This document shows positions 38,029-48,467 of a stretch of DNA of 64,000 bases, piece after piece. The DNA is from Clostridiales bacterium (GTDB lineage Bacteria > Bacillota > Clostridia > Christensenellales > Pumilibacteraceae), in assembly GCA_022508405.1 (NCBI GenBank), contig JAFLVI010000001.1:32230-96229 (forward strand), given 5' to 3'. The notes under the pieces were generated by a model. The model had not been told where the DNA came from, did not search any database, and saw only the letters and a program-made list of their open reading frames with translations. The position numbers and the translations under genes are program-made. How positions within the stretch are numbered: position 1 is the first letter of the stretch; the number at the start of each line of letters is the position of its first letter.

Positions 38029-38213
38029 AATTATTCCGCCTATTTCGCTTTGTGCATACTCATATGCGCTTAATATTATACAACAATATGCAACGTCAAG
38101 TCAAGAGATTTTGAAAATTAAGAATTAAGAATGCAACATGATATATAAGTTTTAGCTTGGCGTTTCTCATAATTTCGGTCGAATTCCGAATTCATTCTGC
38201 ATTCCCAAATCGT

Positions 38214-38242
38214 TTGACATAAAAAAACAAAAGTATTATAAT
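38214..38242 (+). promoter_or_regulatory. Sigma-A promoter of the pur operon
   Basis: TTGACA-17-TATAAT. Confidence 0.8.
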
Positions 38243-38272
38243 TATCGTAGATAATTATTTTGCGAGGTTGTC

Positions 38273-38767
38273 ATGCGCAAGGTCGCTATAGTTTTAGGCT
38301 CAAAATCCGATTGGGACAAGGCTAAGCCAATAGTGGAAACATTAGAGCAATTCGGCGTGCCGTATTCGGCGCGCATTTTAAGTGCGCACCGCACTCCCGA
38401 CGAGGCGGCGGAGTTTGCGCGCAGTGCAAAAAAGAGCGGCTTCGGCGCGATAATCGCTGTCGCCGGCAAGGCCGCGCACTTAGGCGGCGTGCTTGCCGCG
38501 GCGACTACGCTTCCGGTGGTCGCGCTTCCTGTATCCACGTCCTTCCTTGACGGACTGGACAGCGTGCTTTCCATACTTCCCATGCCGAGCGGCGTGCCCG
38601 TGGCGGTAATGGGCGTAAACGCAGGCGTAAACGCGGCGCTGTTTTGCGTGCGCATGCTGGCTGTGGACGACAAAGAGCTTGACAAAAAGTACACCGATTA
38701 CGTTGCGTCCATGCGCGAAAAAACGCTGTCGGACGACGCGGAACTCAACAAAACTCTCAACAAATAA
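38273..38767 (+). CDS. purE: N5-CAIR mutase / AIR carboxylase
   Basis: GSKSD, SAHRTP, AGKAAHLGG, MPSGVPVA. Confidence 0.95.
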   Translation: MRKVAIVLGSKSDWDKAKPIVETLEQFGVPYSARILSAHRTPDEAAEFARSAKKSGFGAIIAVAGKAAHLGGVLAAATTLPVVALPVSTSFLDGLDSVLSILPMPSGVPVAVMGVNAGVNAALFCVRMLAVDDKELDKKYTDYVASMREKTLSDDAELNKTLNK

Positions 38768-38800
38768 CAACGCAATTACATCTTAGGAGAAAAACATATC

Positions 38801-39514
38801 ATGGTCGAACAAAAGGAACAGTTGTACGAAGGCAAAGCCAAAAAGGTGTTTGCAACAAGCGACCCCGATTTGGTCATTGTCGATTACAAGGACGACGCAA
38901 CGGCGTTTAACGGGCTCAAAAAGGGCACGATAGTCGGCAAGGGCGTAGTCAACAACAAGATGAGCAACTACCTTATGGGCTTATTGGCTAAGCAGGGCGT
39001 GGAGACGCATTTTGTGGAAGAGCTCAGTGATCGCCGCACGCTTGTTAAGCACGTGGAAATCGTGCCGCTGGAAGTGATTATGCGCAACGTGGTTGCGGGG
39101 TCGCTTTCTAAGCGCACTGGACTTGAAGAAGGCACTATTCCTTCCATGCCCATACTCGAACTGTACTACAAGTCGGACGAGCTTGGCGACCCCATGATAA
39201 ACGCAGATCACGCATTGGCTTTCGGCTGGGCGACTTCGGACGAACTTAAGCAAATCGAAGCTATGGCGCGCAAGATAAACGACGTGCTTAAAAAGTTTTT
39301 TGCCGGCGTGGGCGTAGACCTTGTGGACTTTAAAATCGAGTTCGGTCGTTACAAGGGCAAGATCATACTCGCCGACGAAATCAGTCCCGACACGTGCAGA
39401 TTCTGGGACAGCAAGACCAAGGAAAAACTGGACAAGGACAGATTCCGCCGCGACATGGGCGGTGTGGAAGGCGCATATCACGAGATGATGCGCCGTATAG
39501 GCTTAGCTGAATAA
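38801..39514 (+). CDS. purC: SAICAR synthetase
   Basis: [30 protein letters not shown]. Confidence 0.96.
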   Translation: MVEQKEQLYEGKAKKVFATSDPDLVIVDYKDDATAFNGLKKGTIVGKGVVNNKMSNYLMGLLAKQGVETHFVEELSDRRTLVKHVEIVPLEVIMRNVVAGSLSKRTGLEEGTIPSMPILELYYKSDELGDPMINADHALAFGWATSDELKQIEAMARKINDVLKKFFAGVGVDLVDFKIEFGRYKGKIILADEISPDTCRFWDSKTKEKLDKDRFRRDMGGVEGAYHEMMRRIGLAE

Positions 39515-39516
39515 GT

Positions 39517-39682
39517 ATAGGTTAATCGGCGTCTGGCACCATAAGTCCAAGACGCCGTTTTTTGGGCTATTTTGCCCCTTATGTCGCTTGACGTAGCGCT
39601 GCTACGACTGCGCTCCATAAGTGTCAAACTATCTCCAAAAATCGGCGTTTGTTTATTATGTTGCATCCGCCTCTTAACCTAT
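39517..39682. repeat. 166-nt imperfect palindrome with conserved core, copy 2
   Basis: ATAGGTTAA/TTAACCTAT termini, nested arms, core GTCGCTTGACGTAGCGCTGCTACGACTGCGCTCC. Confidence 0.85.
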
Positions 39683-39730
39683 GGGGTTGCATAAGAACAG
39701 CTCATTGCTGATGAAATTCGGAGAAATATT

Positions 39731-40756
39731 ATGGCTGACAAAAAACAAAAAATAACATACGCCGACGCGGGCGTGGACGTAACGCGCGGCTACGAATCGG
39801 TGGCAAAAATAAAAAAGCACGCTTCGAGCACGTTTAACAAAAACGTGTTGCAGGGCTTGGGCAGCTTTGGCGGATTTTACTCGCTGGACGGAGAAGACGG
39901 CGACTGTCTGGTCGCAGGCACGGACGGCGTGGGCACCAAGCTTAAGTACGCGTTTCTATCCGGTCGCAACGACACCGTTGGCATAGATTGTGTGGCGATG
40001 TGCGTAAACGACATAGTCTGTCAGGGCGCTAAGCCGCTCATATTTTTGGACTACATAGCCACAGGCAGGATAAATCCCGATACCGTTGCCGACATCGTCA
40101 AGGGCGTTTCGGACGGCTGCAAAATGGCGGGCTGCGCCTTGGTGGGCGGCGAAACGGCGGAAATGCCGTCCATGTACGGCGACGGCGAATACGACCTTGC
40201 CGGCTTTTCGGTCGGGCTTGTAAAGCGCGAAAAAATAATCAACGGAAGCGGTATTACGGCGGGATGTGCGCTAGTGGGGCTTGCTTCCAGCGGACTTCAT
40301 TCCAACGGCTTTTCGCTTGTCAGAAAGGTGCTTGGCGAAGACGTCAATGCGCTTTCTAAGGACAACTCCTTAGGTAAGCCGCTTTTGGACGTAATACTCA
40401 CGCCCACGCGCATTTACGTAAAGAACCTGTTGGATCTATCGGACAAGTTTAACATTTTGGGACTTGCCAACATAACGGGCGGCGGATTTATAGAGAACAT
40501 TCCGCGCATTTTCCCCGACGGCGTAGGTTGCAGAATAGACGTAAATTCCTTCCCGCGCCCCGATATTTTCTCGCTGCTTGCGGAAAAGTCCGGACTTAAT
40601 AACAACGAATTGTACAACACATTCAATATGGGTATAGGAATGTGTGTTGCGGTCAAGCCCGAAGACGCGGACGCGTTCGTAAAAGCGGCAAACGCACTGG
40701 GCGAAAAGGCGTACATAATAGGCGAAACGGTTAAAGGCGCAAGGGTACAGCTGTGA
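39731..40756 (+). CDS. purM: AIR synthetase
   Basis: YADAGVD, TDGVGTK, GGETAEMP, SSGLHSNG, TFNMGIG. Confidence 0.96.
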   Translation: MADKKQKITYADAGVDVTRGYESVAKIKKHASSTFNKNVLQGLGSFGGFYSLDGEDGDCLVAGTDGVGTKLKYAFLSGRNDTVGIDCVAMCVNDIVCQGAKPLIFLDYIATGRINPDTVADIVKGVSDGCKMAGCALVGGETAEMPSMYGDGEYDLAGFSVGLVKREKIINGSGITAGCALVGLASSGLHSNGFSLVRKVLGEDVNALSKDNSLGKPLLDVILTPTRIYVKNLLDLSDKFNILGLANITGGGFIENIPRIFPDGVGCRIDVNSFPRPDIFSLLAEKSGLNNNELYNTFNMGIGMCVAVKPEDADAFVKAANALGEKAYIIGETVKGARVQL

Positions 40757-41337
40757 AAAAAATCGCAGTAATGTTTTCCGGCGGCGGCACCGATTTTCAG
40801 GCGCTTATAGACGGCGAAAGGGACGGCAAGTTCGACGGTCATATTGTTGTGGCGGTTACGGGCAACGCTAAGGCGTACGGCATAGAACGCGCGAAACAAG
40901 CGGGCATAGACTGTTACTTATGCCGCAAGGCCGATTACTACAGTGTGGAAGACCGCGACAGCGCAATAGCGGAAATATTCGACCGCTACGGCGTGGAGCT
41001 TATTGTGCTTGCGGGGTATCTCGGCATTCTGACCGCGCCCATACTGGATAAATACAAGGGCAGGGTTATCAACATTCATCCCGCGCTGTTACCCAAGTAC
41101 GGTGGCAAGGGCATGTACGGGTTGCACGTTCACGAAGCGGTGATCAAGGCCGGCGAAAAAAAGAGCGGTGCGACGGTGCATTATTCGGACAGCGGCATAG
41201 ACACCGGCAAAATAATCTTGCAGCGCGAGCTGGACGTATTGCCCACCGACACGCCGGAGAGCCTACAGCAACGCATACTCAACGAGATAGAACATCCGCT
41301 TTTGGTGGAAGCGGTTGCGCTATTGTGCAAAGATTAG
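40753..41337 (+). CDS. purN: Phosphoribosylglycinamide formyltransferase
   Basis: SGGGTDFQA, INIHPALLP, GATVH, DTG. Confidence 0.95.
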   Translation: MKKIAVMFSGGGTDFQALIDGERDGKFDGHIVVAVTGNAKAYGIERAKQAGIDCYLCRKADYYSVEDRDSAIAEIFDRYGVELIVLAGYLGILTAPILDKYKGRVINIHPALLPKYGGKGMYGLHVHEAVIKAGEKKSGATVHYSDSGIDTGKIILQRELDVLPTDTPESLQQRILNEIEHPLLVEAVALLCKD

Positions 41338-41378
41338 CGCTTTCAACTAAAGAATAAATTTTTAACGGGAGATATATT

Positions 41379-43004
41379 ATGGCAGCAAATAAAAAGCGTC
41401 GTGCGCTTGTTAGCGTAAGCGACAAGACGGGAATAGTCGAGTTTTGCAAGGATTTGGAAAAGCTCGGATTCGAGATTGTGTCCACTGGCGGCACGCTTAA
41501 AACGCTTGTGGAAAACGGCGTAAAGGCAATTTCCATATCGGACGTCACCGGCTTTAAAGAATGTTTGGACGGGCGTGTAAAAACGCTTCACCCCGCGGTG
41601 CACGCGGGACTGCTCGCAAGGCGTGACATCCCCGAGCATATGGCAAGCCTTGACGAAATGGGCTACAACACGATCGACCTTGTGGCGGTCAATCTGTACC
41701 CGTTTAAAAAGACTATAGAAAAGCCTAACGTAACGCTTGAAGAAGCTATAGAAAACATAGATATCGGCGGACCCACAATGCTCAGGAGCGCCGCCAAAAA
41801 TTACGGCGGTGTGCTTGTCGTGTGCGAACCCGCCGACTACAAGGAAGTGGTGGAGCGCATAAAAAACGGCACGGACGACATGACGTTCCGTTTGAGCTTG
41901 TCGTACAAGGTGTACCGACACACCGCGGCGTACGATTCGCTCATTTCGTCGTACATGCAGCAGTTACTCGGCATAGAGTTCCCCGAGCACATCACGTTTG
42001 CGTACGACAAGGCGCAGGACCTTCGCTACGGCGAAAACCCGCAGCAGAATGCGGTGTTCTACCGCGAGCAAACGGCAAGGGCGGGCGCGCTCACTTCCGC
42101 CAAACAGCTGTGGGGCAAGGAGCTTTCTTACAACAACATCAACGACGCCAACGGCGCGCTCGAACTGCTTAAAGAGTTTGACGTTCCCGCGGTGGTCGCG
42201 TGCAAGCACGCCAATCCGTGCGGTGTGGGAACGGGTAAAACGGTGTACGAAGCGTACATGCGCGCGTACGAATCCGACCCCGTATCGGTGTTCGGCGGCA
42301 TACTTGCCATAAACGGCACGGTGGACAAGGACACCGCGACCGAAATTAACAAGATATTCATAGAAATCGTAATGGCGTCCGACTACACCAAAGAAGCGCT
42401 GGAAATTTTGGAGAGCAAAAAGAACATCAGGCTTTTGCAGATAGACAACATAACCGCGCCGCGCGCCAATACCGCGTACGATATGAAAAAGGTGTACGGC
42501 GGACTTCTCGTTCAGCAGTACGACAACACATTGCTTGCTGGCGAAGATATGTCGCTCTTTAGTACGCCCGCCGAGGTCAAAACCGAAGCTTTGCAAAACG
42601 GCAAGACAAAAACGGTTTACGGCAACGGCGTTGTAACCAAGCGCAAACCCACCAAAGAAGAAATCGACGCCATGCTGTTCAACTGGAAGGTTGTAAAGCA
42701 CACCAAGTCCAACGCGATAGTCATAGGCAAGGACGGCAGAACTACAGGTATCGGTATGGGTCAGACCAACCGTATATGGGCGGCCAATCAGGCGATTGAG
42801 CACGCCGGCAAGGAAGCCGCAGGCTCGGTAATGGCGAGCGACGCGTTTTTCCCGTTTGACGACGTTGTGCATGCCGCGGCGGCGGCGGGCATAACCGCAA
42901 TCATCCAGCCAGGGGGATCTTTACGCGACGCCGATTCCGTCAAGGCGGCGGACGAGGCGAATATAGCGATGGTGTTTGTCGGTGATAGACACTTTAAACA
43001 TTAA
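41379..43004 (+). CDS. purH: Bifunctional AICAR transformylase / IMP cyclohydrolase
   Basis: [36 protein letters not shown]. Confidence 0.96.
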   Translation: MAANKKRRALVSVSDKTGIVEFCKDLEKLGFEIVSTGGTLKTLVENGVKAISISDVTGFKECLDGRVKTLHPAVHAGLLARRDIPEHMASLDEMGYNTIDLVAVNLYPFKKTIEKPNVTLEEAIENIDIGGPTMLRSAAKNYGGVLVVCEPADYKEVVERIKNGTDDMTFRLSLSYKVYRHTAAYDSLISSYMQQLLGIEFPEHITFAYDKAQDLRYGENPQQNAVFYREQTARAGALTSAKQLWGKELSYNNINDANGALELLKEFDVPAVVACKHANPCGVGTGKTVYEAYMRAYESDPVSVFGGILAINGTVDKDTATEINKIFIEIVMASDYTKEALEILESKKNIRLLQIDNITAPRANTAYDMKKVYGGLLVQQYDNTLLAGEDMSLFSTPAEVKTEALQNGKTKTVYGNGVVTKRKPTKEEIDAMLFNWKVVKHTKSNAIVIGKDGRTTGIGMGQTNRIWAANQAIEHAGKEAAGSVMASDAFFPFDDVVHAAAAAGITAIIQPGGSLRDADSVKAADEANIAMVFVGDRHFKH

Positions 43005-43017
43005 ACACTTTTTATAA

Positions 43018-43158
43018 AATGCAGAATGCAGAATGTAGAATGCAGACCTACTTCTTTTGAAAAAGAAGTAGTCAAGAAAACTCTAATTTGTTGTGCTCAG
43101 CCGTTTTTATAAAAGCACAGTCTAATGAACAATCATTCTGCTTTCTTAATTCTGAATT
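43018..43158. repeat. Forward (43018-43045) and reverse (43134-43158) heptamer arrays bracketing a small palindrome
   Basis: (AATGCAG)n ... CTGCTTT CTTAATT CTGAATT; internal CTACTTCTTTT-GA-AAAAGAAGTAG. Confidence 0.75.
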
Positions 43159-43173
43159 TTACTCGGAGGAACT

Positions 43174-44493
43174 ATGTCCGAACAACAACTTACAAAGGTC
43201 GCGCGGTACGTGGACTTGCACGAAATATCTGTCGACGGCGACGACGTCTTAATAGTGGGCGGCGGCGGCAGGGAACACGCCATTGCGTGGAAGCTGCGGC
43301 AAAGCAGGCGCGTGGGCAATATTTACGGCGCCCCGGGGAATGCCGGAATGAACGTAATTCCCACCGATATAGGCGCTACCGACATAGATAAAATCGTGGA
43401 ATACGTGGGCAGTCATCCCAACATAAAATACACCGTTGTAGCGCCCGACGATCCGCTCAGCATGGGGCTTGTGGACAAGCTTAACGCACGCGGCTACCGC
43501 GCTTTCGGACCGACTAAGGCGGCGGCAAAGCTGGAGTGGAGTAAAGCCTATGCCAAAGACGTTATGCGCCGTTACGACGTTCCTACGGCGGAATACGCCA
43601 CCTTTACCGACGCGGACGAAGCTAAGGCGTATGCAAAGACCGCCAAATACCCGCTTGTAGTCAAGGCGGACGGACTTGCGCTCGGCAAGGGCGTAATCAT
43701 CTGTAAAGGCAAGCGCGAAGCGTACGCCGCTATCGAGCAAATAATGCAGGACAAAAAGTTCGGCGAAGCGGGCAACGAGATAGTAATAGAGCAGTTTTTA
43801 AAGGGCTACGAAGTGTCGCTGCTCACCTTTACGGACGGCACGCATTTTGCGCTTATGCCCACGTCGTGCGACCACAAGCGCGCTTTGGACGGGGACGAAG
43901 GGCTCAACACGGGCGGCATGGGTGCGTACGCGCCGTGCGACAGGTTTTCTCCCGAGCTTTTGCAAAAGACGGTGGAAACGATAGTAAAACCTACAATCTC
44001 CGCCATGCAAAAGGAAGGCGCGCCGTTTAAGGGCGTGCTGTACTTTGGGCTTATGGTGTGCGGGGACGAAGTTAAGGTGCTGGAGTACAACGCCAGATTC
44101 GGCGACCCCGAAACGCAAAGCGTGTTGCCGCTACTCAAATCCGACATGTACGAGATTATGAACGCGGTGACAGACGGCACGCTTGACAAGGTGAATATAG
44201 AGTGGAGCGAGCTAAAGTCTATCAACGTGGTGCTGGCAAGCGGCGGCTATCCGCTGTCCTACAAAAAGGGCTGTCTTATCAGCGGGCTAAACGACGTGGC
44301 AAATGACGTAAACGTGTTTTTTGCGGGCGTAAGTAGCAGCGCGGACGGGCTTAAAACAAGCGGCGGCAGAGTGCTGTGCGTGCAGGCGGCGGCGGAAAAC
44401 TTTGCGCTCGCGCGGCAAAAGGTGTACGACAATATAGCAAAGATCACGTTTGATAATTGCTATTACCGCAAGGATATAGGAAGCAAACTTTAG
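43174..44493 (+). CDS. purD: Phosphoribosylamine--glycine ligase
   Basis: GGGGREHA, VVKADGLALGKGV, NTGGMG, EYNARFGDPE. Confidence 0.96.
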   Translation: MSEQQLTKVARYVDLHEISVDGDDVLIVGGGGREHAIAWKLRQSRRVGNIYGAPGNAGMNVIPTDIGATDIDKIVEYVGSHPNIKYTVVAPDDPLSMGLVDKLNARGYRAFGPTKAAAKLEWSKAYAKDVMRRYDVPTAEYATFTDADEAKAYAKTAKYPLVVKADGLALGKGVIICKGKREAYAAIEQIMQDKKFGEAGNEIVIEQFLKGYEVSLLTFTDGTHFALMPTSCDHKRALDGDEGLNTGGMGAYAPCDRFSPELLQKTVETIVKPTISAMQKEGAPFKGVLYFGLMVCGDEVKVLEYNARFGDPETQSVLPLLKSDMYEIMNAVTDGTLDKVNIEWSELKSINVVLASGGYPLSYKKGCLISGLNDVANDVNVFFAGVSSSADGLKTSGGRVLCVQAAAENFALARQKVYDNIAKITFDNCYYRKDIGSKL

Positions 44494-44495
44494 CG

Positions 44496-44523
44496 AATGC
44501 AGAATTAAGAATGCAGAATGCAG
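44496..44523 (+). repeat. Heptamer array after purD
   Basis: AATGCAG AATTAAG AATGCAG AATGCAG. Confidence 0.8.
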
Positions 44524-44539
44524 ATTGACCGTAATCAAA

Positions 44540-44583
44540 CCTTCCCCCTCGGGGAAGGGGAACCGCGTAAGCGGTGGATGAGG
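44540..44583 (+). repeat. REP-like double-hairpin unit, copy 2
   Basis: CCTTCCCCCTCGGGGAAGGGGAACCGCGTAAGCGGTGGATGAGG. Confidence 0.7.
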
Positions 44584-44615
44584 TAAACATTCCGCATTGA
44601 ATAAAGGAACCGATC

Positions 44616-47600
44616 ATGATAAAACGCATTTATACCGAAAGAAAATCATCAAACGCCGCGCTCACGGCGGATCTTAAGGAAACGCTGGGCATAGACGTAT
44701 CCGCGCGCATGTTTATTCGCTACGACGTGGACGGGCTATCGGACGAGCAGTTTGACGCCGCCGTTCCGGTGGTGTTTTCCACGCCCGCAACGGACGACGT
44801 TTATTTGGAAGACTTGCCCAAAACTACGGGTGAGCTGTTTGCCATAGAATATCTCCCCGGGCAGTTCGATCAGCGTGCGGACTCCGCCAGCAGTTGCGTG
44901 CAGTTGCTGTTAAAGTGCGACAGACCGATAGTTCGCTGCGCCACCGTGTACGCGATAGACGGAAGCGAAAAACAGCTTGCGGCTATCAAGGAGTATTTGG
45001 TCAACCCCGTGGAAAGCAGGATTGCTTCGCTTGAAAAGCCGAACACGCTCGAGCAAAAAGTCGCCGACCCCGAGCCGGCGAAAAAGGTGGACGGATTTAC
45101 GCAAAAGTCCGCCATGGCGCTTTCCGCGTTTTACAAGGAGCAGGGCTTTGCCATGAGCCTAGAAGACTTGCAGTTTGTGCAGTCGTATTTTCGCGGGCAA
45201 AAACGAGAGCCGACATATACGGAGTTAAAGGTTATAGACACGTACTGGTCGGATCACTGCCGTCACACCACGTTCACCACATCGCTCAAAACCAAAATAA
45301 AATCGGATAATCCGCACATAGAGCGTGTTTACAACGAATATACCGAGCTGTTTAACAGCTTATACAGCGGCAGGGACGATAAGTATGTGTCGCTCATGGA
45401 CGTGGCGACAATAGGCGCAAAGGCGTTGCGCAAGCAAGGATATGCCGAAGCGCAGGACATTTCGCCCGAAATAAACGCCTGCACTATCAAGCAGGACGTG
45501 GTAAAAAAGGACGGATCAATCGAGCCGTGGTATATACTTTATAAAAACGAAACGCACAACCACCCGACGGAGATAGAGCCGTTCGGCGGTGCGGCTACAT
45601 GCCTTGGCGGCGCGATACGCGACCCGCTTTCGGGCAGAGCGTACGTGTATCAGGCAATGCGCGTTACGGGCGCGGCGGATATAAACGCGCCGTTTGACAA
45701 AACGCTAAGCGGTAAGCTGCCCCAGCGCGTAATAAGTAAGCGCGCGGCAAAAGGATATTCTTCGTACGGCAACCAGATCGGACTTGCCACCGGCGAAGTG
45801 CGCGAGTACTATCATTCCGGATACGCGGCAAAGCGGCTGGAAACAGGCTTTGTAGTGGGCGCCGCGCCGCAAAGCAACGTAATCCGCGAAGTGCCCACGG
45901 CGGGCGACATAGTTGTGCTTATAGGCGGCGAAACCGGCAGGGACGGTTGCGGCGGCGCAACGGGATCAAGCAAGGCACACGACCTTCATTCCATAGAAAC
46001 ATGCGGCGCGGAAGTGCAAAAGGGCAACGCGCCCATAGAGCGCAAGCTGCAGCGGCTTATGCTTAACGGCGAGTTTACTAGGCTGATCAAGCGTTGCAAC
46101 GACTTTGGCGCGGGCGGCGTGTCCGTGGCTGTGGGCGAATTGTCGGCGGGATTGGATATAGAATTGAGCGCGGTGCCCAAAAAGTATGCGGGGCTGTCCG
46201 CCACCGAGCTTGCCATATCGGAAAGTCAGGAGCGCATGGCAATGGTCATCAGGGAAAGCGACTTGGATAAAGTCGTGGAGCTGTGTCACGCCGAAAACGT
46301 GGACGCCACCGTCATAGCCAAGGTCACCGACACCGACAGAATGAGAATGTTTCTAAACGGCGAACTTATTGTCGATTTGGAACGCAGTTTTTTGGACACC
46401 AACGGTGTGCGGCAGGAAGCGACCGCGCTAATAAAAGACCCCAAGGTAGATTACTTCGGTTCGCTTTCGGTTGAGCGCGCCGCAATGTACGCAAAAGGCG
46501 ATTACACAGGACTGTTGTGCGATATACTTTCCGACTACAACGTGTGCTCGCAAAAGGGGTTGTCGGAAATGTTTGACTCCACCGTCGGCGCAAACAGCGT
46601 GTTTATGCCGTTCGGCGGCAAAAAGCAGCTTACGCCCACCGAGGTTATGGCGGCAAAAATTCCCACCGACACCGATATGTGCACGGTGTGTGCGCACGGG
46701 CTTTCGGCGGTACTGCCCGAGTCGCCGTTTGTGGGCGGCATGTATTCTGTAATACTCGCTGTGGAAAAGCTGGCGGCGGCGGGCGTCAGACTCGATCATA
46801 TCTATCTGACAATGCAGGAATTTTTTGCGCGAACAACCGATTCCGAAAAGTGGGGCGCGCCAATGAGCGCACTCTTGGGCGCACTCACCGCGCAAATCAA
46901 CTTAAAGCGCGCGGCAATAGGCGGCAAGGATTCCATGTCCGGCACGTTTGAAAAGCTTACTGTTCCGCCCACGCTTATTGCGTTCGGACTGGGCGTAGCC
47001 GATAGCGCGGTAATAGTTGACAATACATTCAAAGCAAAAGGCGAAAGAGTGTACCGTTACACACTCAAGCGCGACGAGTACGGAATGCCCGACTTTAAAA
47101 ATCTTTGCGACTTTTTGATGTTGCTCTCCGGCGAGATCGGCAAGGAAAACGTGAGCGCGGCGGCGGTTGTAGAGCGCGGCGGCGCGGCGGCGACCGTCAT
47201 AAAATCGTGCTTCGGAAACGGACTGGGCTTTGCCTTTGCCCATGCCGATAGGGACTTGTTTGAAGAAAGCGAAGGCGATATCGTGTTTGCGGCGCGCACG
47301 GTCGACGACTTTTTCGGCTACGACCTAGACTTTTTGGGACTTACCACATCGGAGCCCGACTTTTTGTTCGGCGCAAGCATAACGCGCACTGCGGACGGCA
47401 CGGACGTTGTGTACGACGGCAAAAAGGTGGACGGGAAAAAACTTTTGGACAGCTTTACCGGCACGTTCGAGAGCGTGTATCCCACTACGGCAAAAGCGGA
47501 AGGCGAAGCGTACAACGCCGATTATTCGGGCAAGGGCGTAAAGCGCGTTACGGCAAAGAGTAAGCCCAAAAAGATCAATGTGTTTATTCCGGTTTTCCCG

Positions 47601-48377
47601 GGGACCAACTGCGAAATAGAGACCGCCAAAAAGTTTGAACTGGCGGGCGCCCAGCCGCACATTTTTGTGGTGAAAAACCGCAACCAAAACGACGTTAAGG
47701 AATGCGTGCAGGCAATGGCAAAGGCGATTTCTTCCTGCAACATACTCGCGCTCCCCGGCGGATTTTCGGGCGGCGACGAGCCTGACGGCAGCGCAAAGCT
47801 TATTGCGGCGTTCCTGTCCAACCCCGCGATAGCCGAGCAGGTGGAAAACCTTTTGTACAAGCGCGACGGTTTGGCGATAGGCATATGCAACGGCTTTCAG
47901 GCGCTTGTAAAGTTGGGACTACTTCCCAGCGGACACATACACACGCCGCAAAAAGACGATCCCGTACTCACGTTCAACAACATCGGTCGGCACGTAAGCA
48001 CGCTTGCCGATATTCGCGTGACTTCCACGTTCAGCCCGTGGCTCAGCCACCTTAGAGTAGGCGACGTATACCAAGTTCCGGTAAGCCACGGCGAAGGCAA
48101 GTTCACCGCGGATAAGGCGGTGATAGAGTCGCTTTACAAGAGCGGTCAGATTGCAACGCAGTACTGCGACTTTAGCGGAAACGCCACAATGGAAAGCCCG
48201 TACAATCCCAACGGATCCATGCTTGCGATAGAAGGCATAGTCAGTCCGGACGGCAGGGTTTTCGGCAAGATGGGTCACAGCGAGCGAACGGGCGAATTCC
48301 TTTTGAAAAACACCGTGGAGTGCTACGCCAAGTCGGATATGCGCTTGTTTGAAGCGGGAGTGAAATACTTTAAGTAA
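44616..48377 (+). CDS. purL: Phosphoribosylformylglycinamidine synthase (large fused form)
   Basis: WSDHCRH, KNETHNHPT, SESQERM, glutaminase PGGFSGGD, GICNGFQ, MGHSER. Confidence 0.95.
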   Translation: MIKRIYTERKSSNAALTADLKETLGIDVSARMFIRYDVDGLSDEQFDAAVPVVFSTPATDDVYLEDLPKTTGELFAIEYLPGQFDQRADSASSCVQLLLKCDRPIVRCATVYAIDGSEKQLAAIKEYLVNPVESRIASLEKPNTLEQKVADPEPAKKVDGFTQKSAMALSAFYKEQGFAMSLEDLQFVQSYFRGQKREPTYTELKVIDTYWSDHCRHTTFTTSLKTKIKSDNPHIERVYNEYTELFNSLYSGRDDKYVSLMDVATIGAKALRKQGYAEAQDISPEINACTIKQDVVKKDGSIEPWYILYKNETHNHPTEIEPFGGAATCLGGAIRDPLSGRAYVYQAMRVTGAADINAPFDKTLSGKLPQRVISKRAAKGYSSYGNQIGLATGEVREYYHSGYAAKRLETGFVVGAAPQSNVIREVPTAGDIVVLIGGETGRDGCGGATGSSKAHDLHSIETCGAEVQKGNAPIERKLQRLMLNGEFTRLIKRCNDFGAGGVSVAVGELSAGLDIELSAVPKKYAGLSATELAISESQERMAMVIRESDLDKVVELCHAENVDATVIAKVTDTDRMRMFLNGELIVDLERSFLDTNGVRQEATALIKDPKVDYFGSLSVERAAMYAKGDYTGLLCDILSDYNVCSQKGLSEMFDSTVGANSVFMPFGGKKQLTPTEVMAAKIPTDTDMCTVCAHGLSAVLPESPFVGGMYSVILAVEKLAAAGVRLDHIYLTMQEFFARTTDSEKWGAPMSALLGALTAQINLKRAAIGGKDSMSGTFEKLTVPPTLIAFGLGVADSAVIVDNTFKAKGERVYRYTLKRDEYGMPDFKNLCDFLMLLSGEIGKENVSAAAVVERGGAAATVIKSCFGNGLGFAFAHADRDLFEESEGDIVFAARTVDDFFGYDLDFLGLTTSEPDFLFGASITRTADGTDVVYDGKKVDGKKLLDSFTGTFESVYPTTAKAEGEAYNADYSGKGVKRVTAKSKPKKINVFIPVFPGTNCEIETAKKFELAGAQPHIFVVKNRNQNDVKECVQAMAKAISSCNILALPGGFSGGDEPDGSAKLIAAFLSNPAIAEQVENLLYKRDGLAIGICNGFQALVKLGLLPSGHIHTPQKDDPVLTFNNIGRHVSTLADIRVTSTFSPWLSHLRVGDVYQVPVSHGEGKFTADKAVIESLYKSGQIATQYCDFSGNATMESPYNPNGSMLAIEGIVSPDGRVFGKMGHSERTGEFLLKNTVECYAKSDMRLFEAGVKYFK

Positions 48378-48410
48378 TTCGGAATTAGGAATTAGGAATT
48401 CGGAATTAAA
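48376..48410 (+). repeat. Heptamer array after purL
   Basis: AATTCGG AATTAGG AATTAGG AATTCGG AATTAAA. Confidence 0.8.
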
Positions 48411-48467
48411 AATAATGATAAAAATTTTAAGGGAATAAATAACAGTTCTCTTGTATAAGGAGTTTTT

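Noticed and set aside
39517-39682. Known purine or ZTP riboswitch between purC and purM
   Set aside because: It folds as one long hairpin, and its core recurs in an unrelated context at 20507-20546
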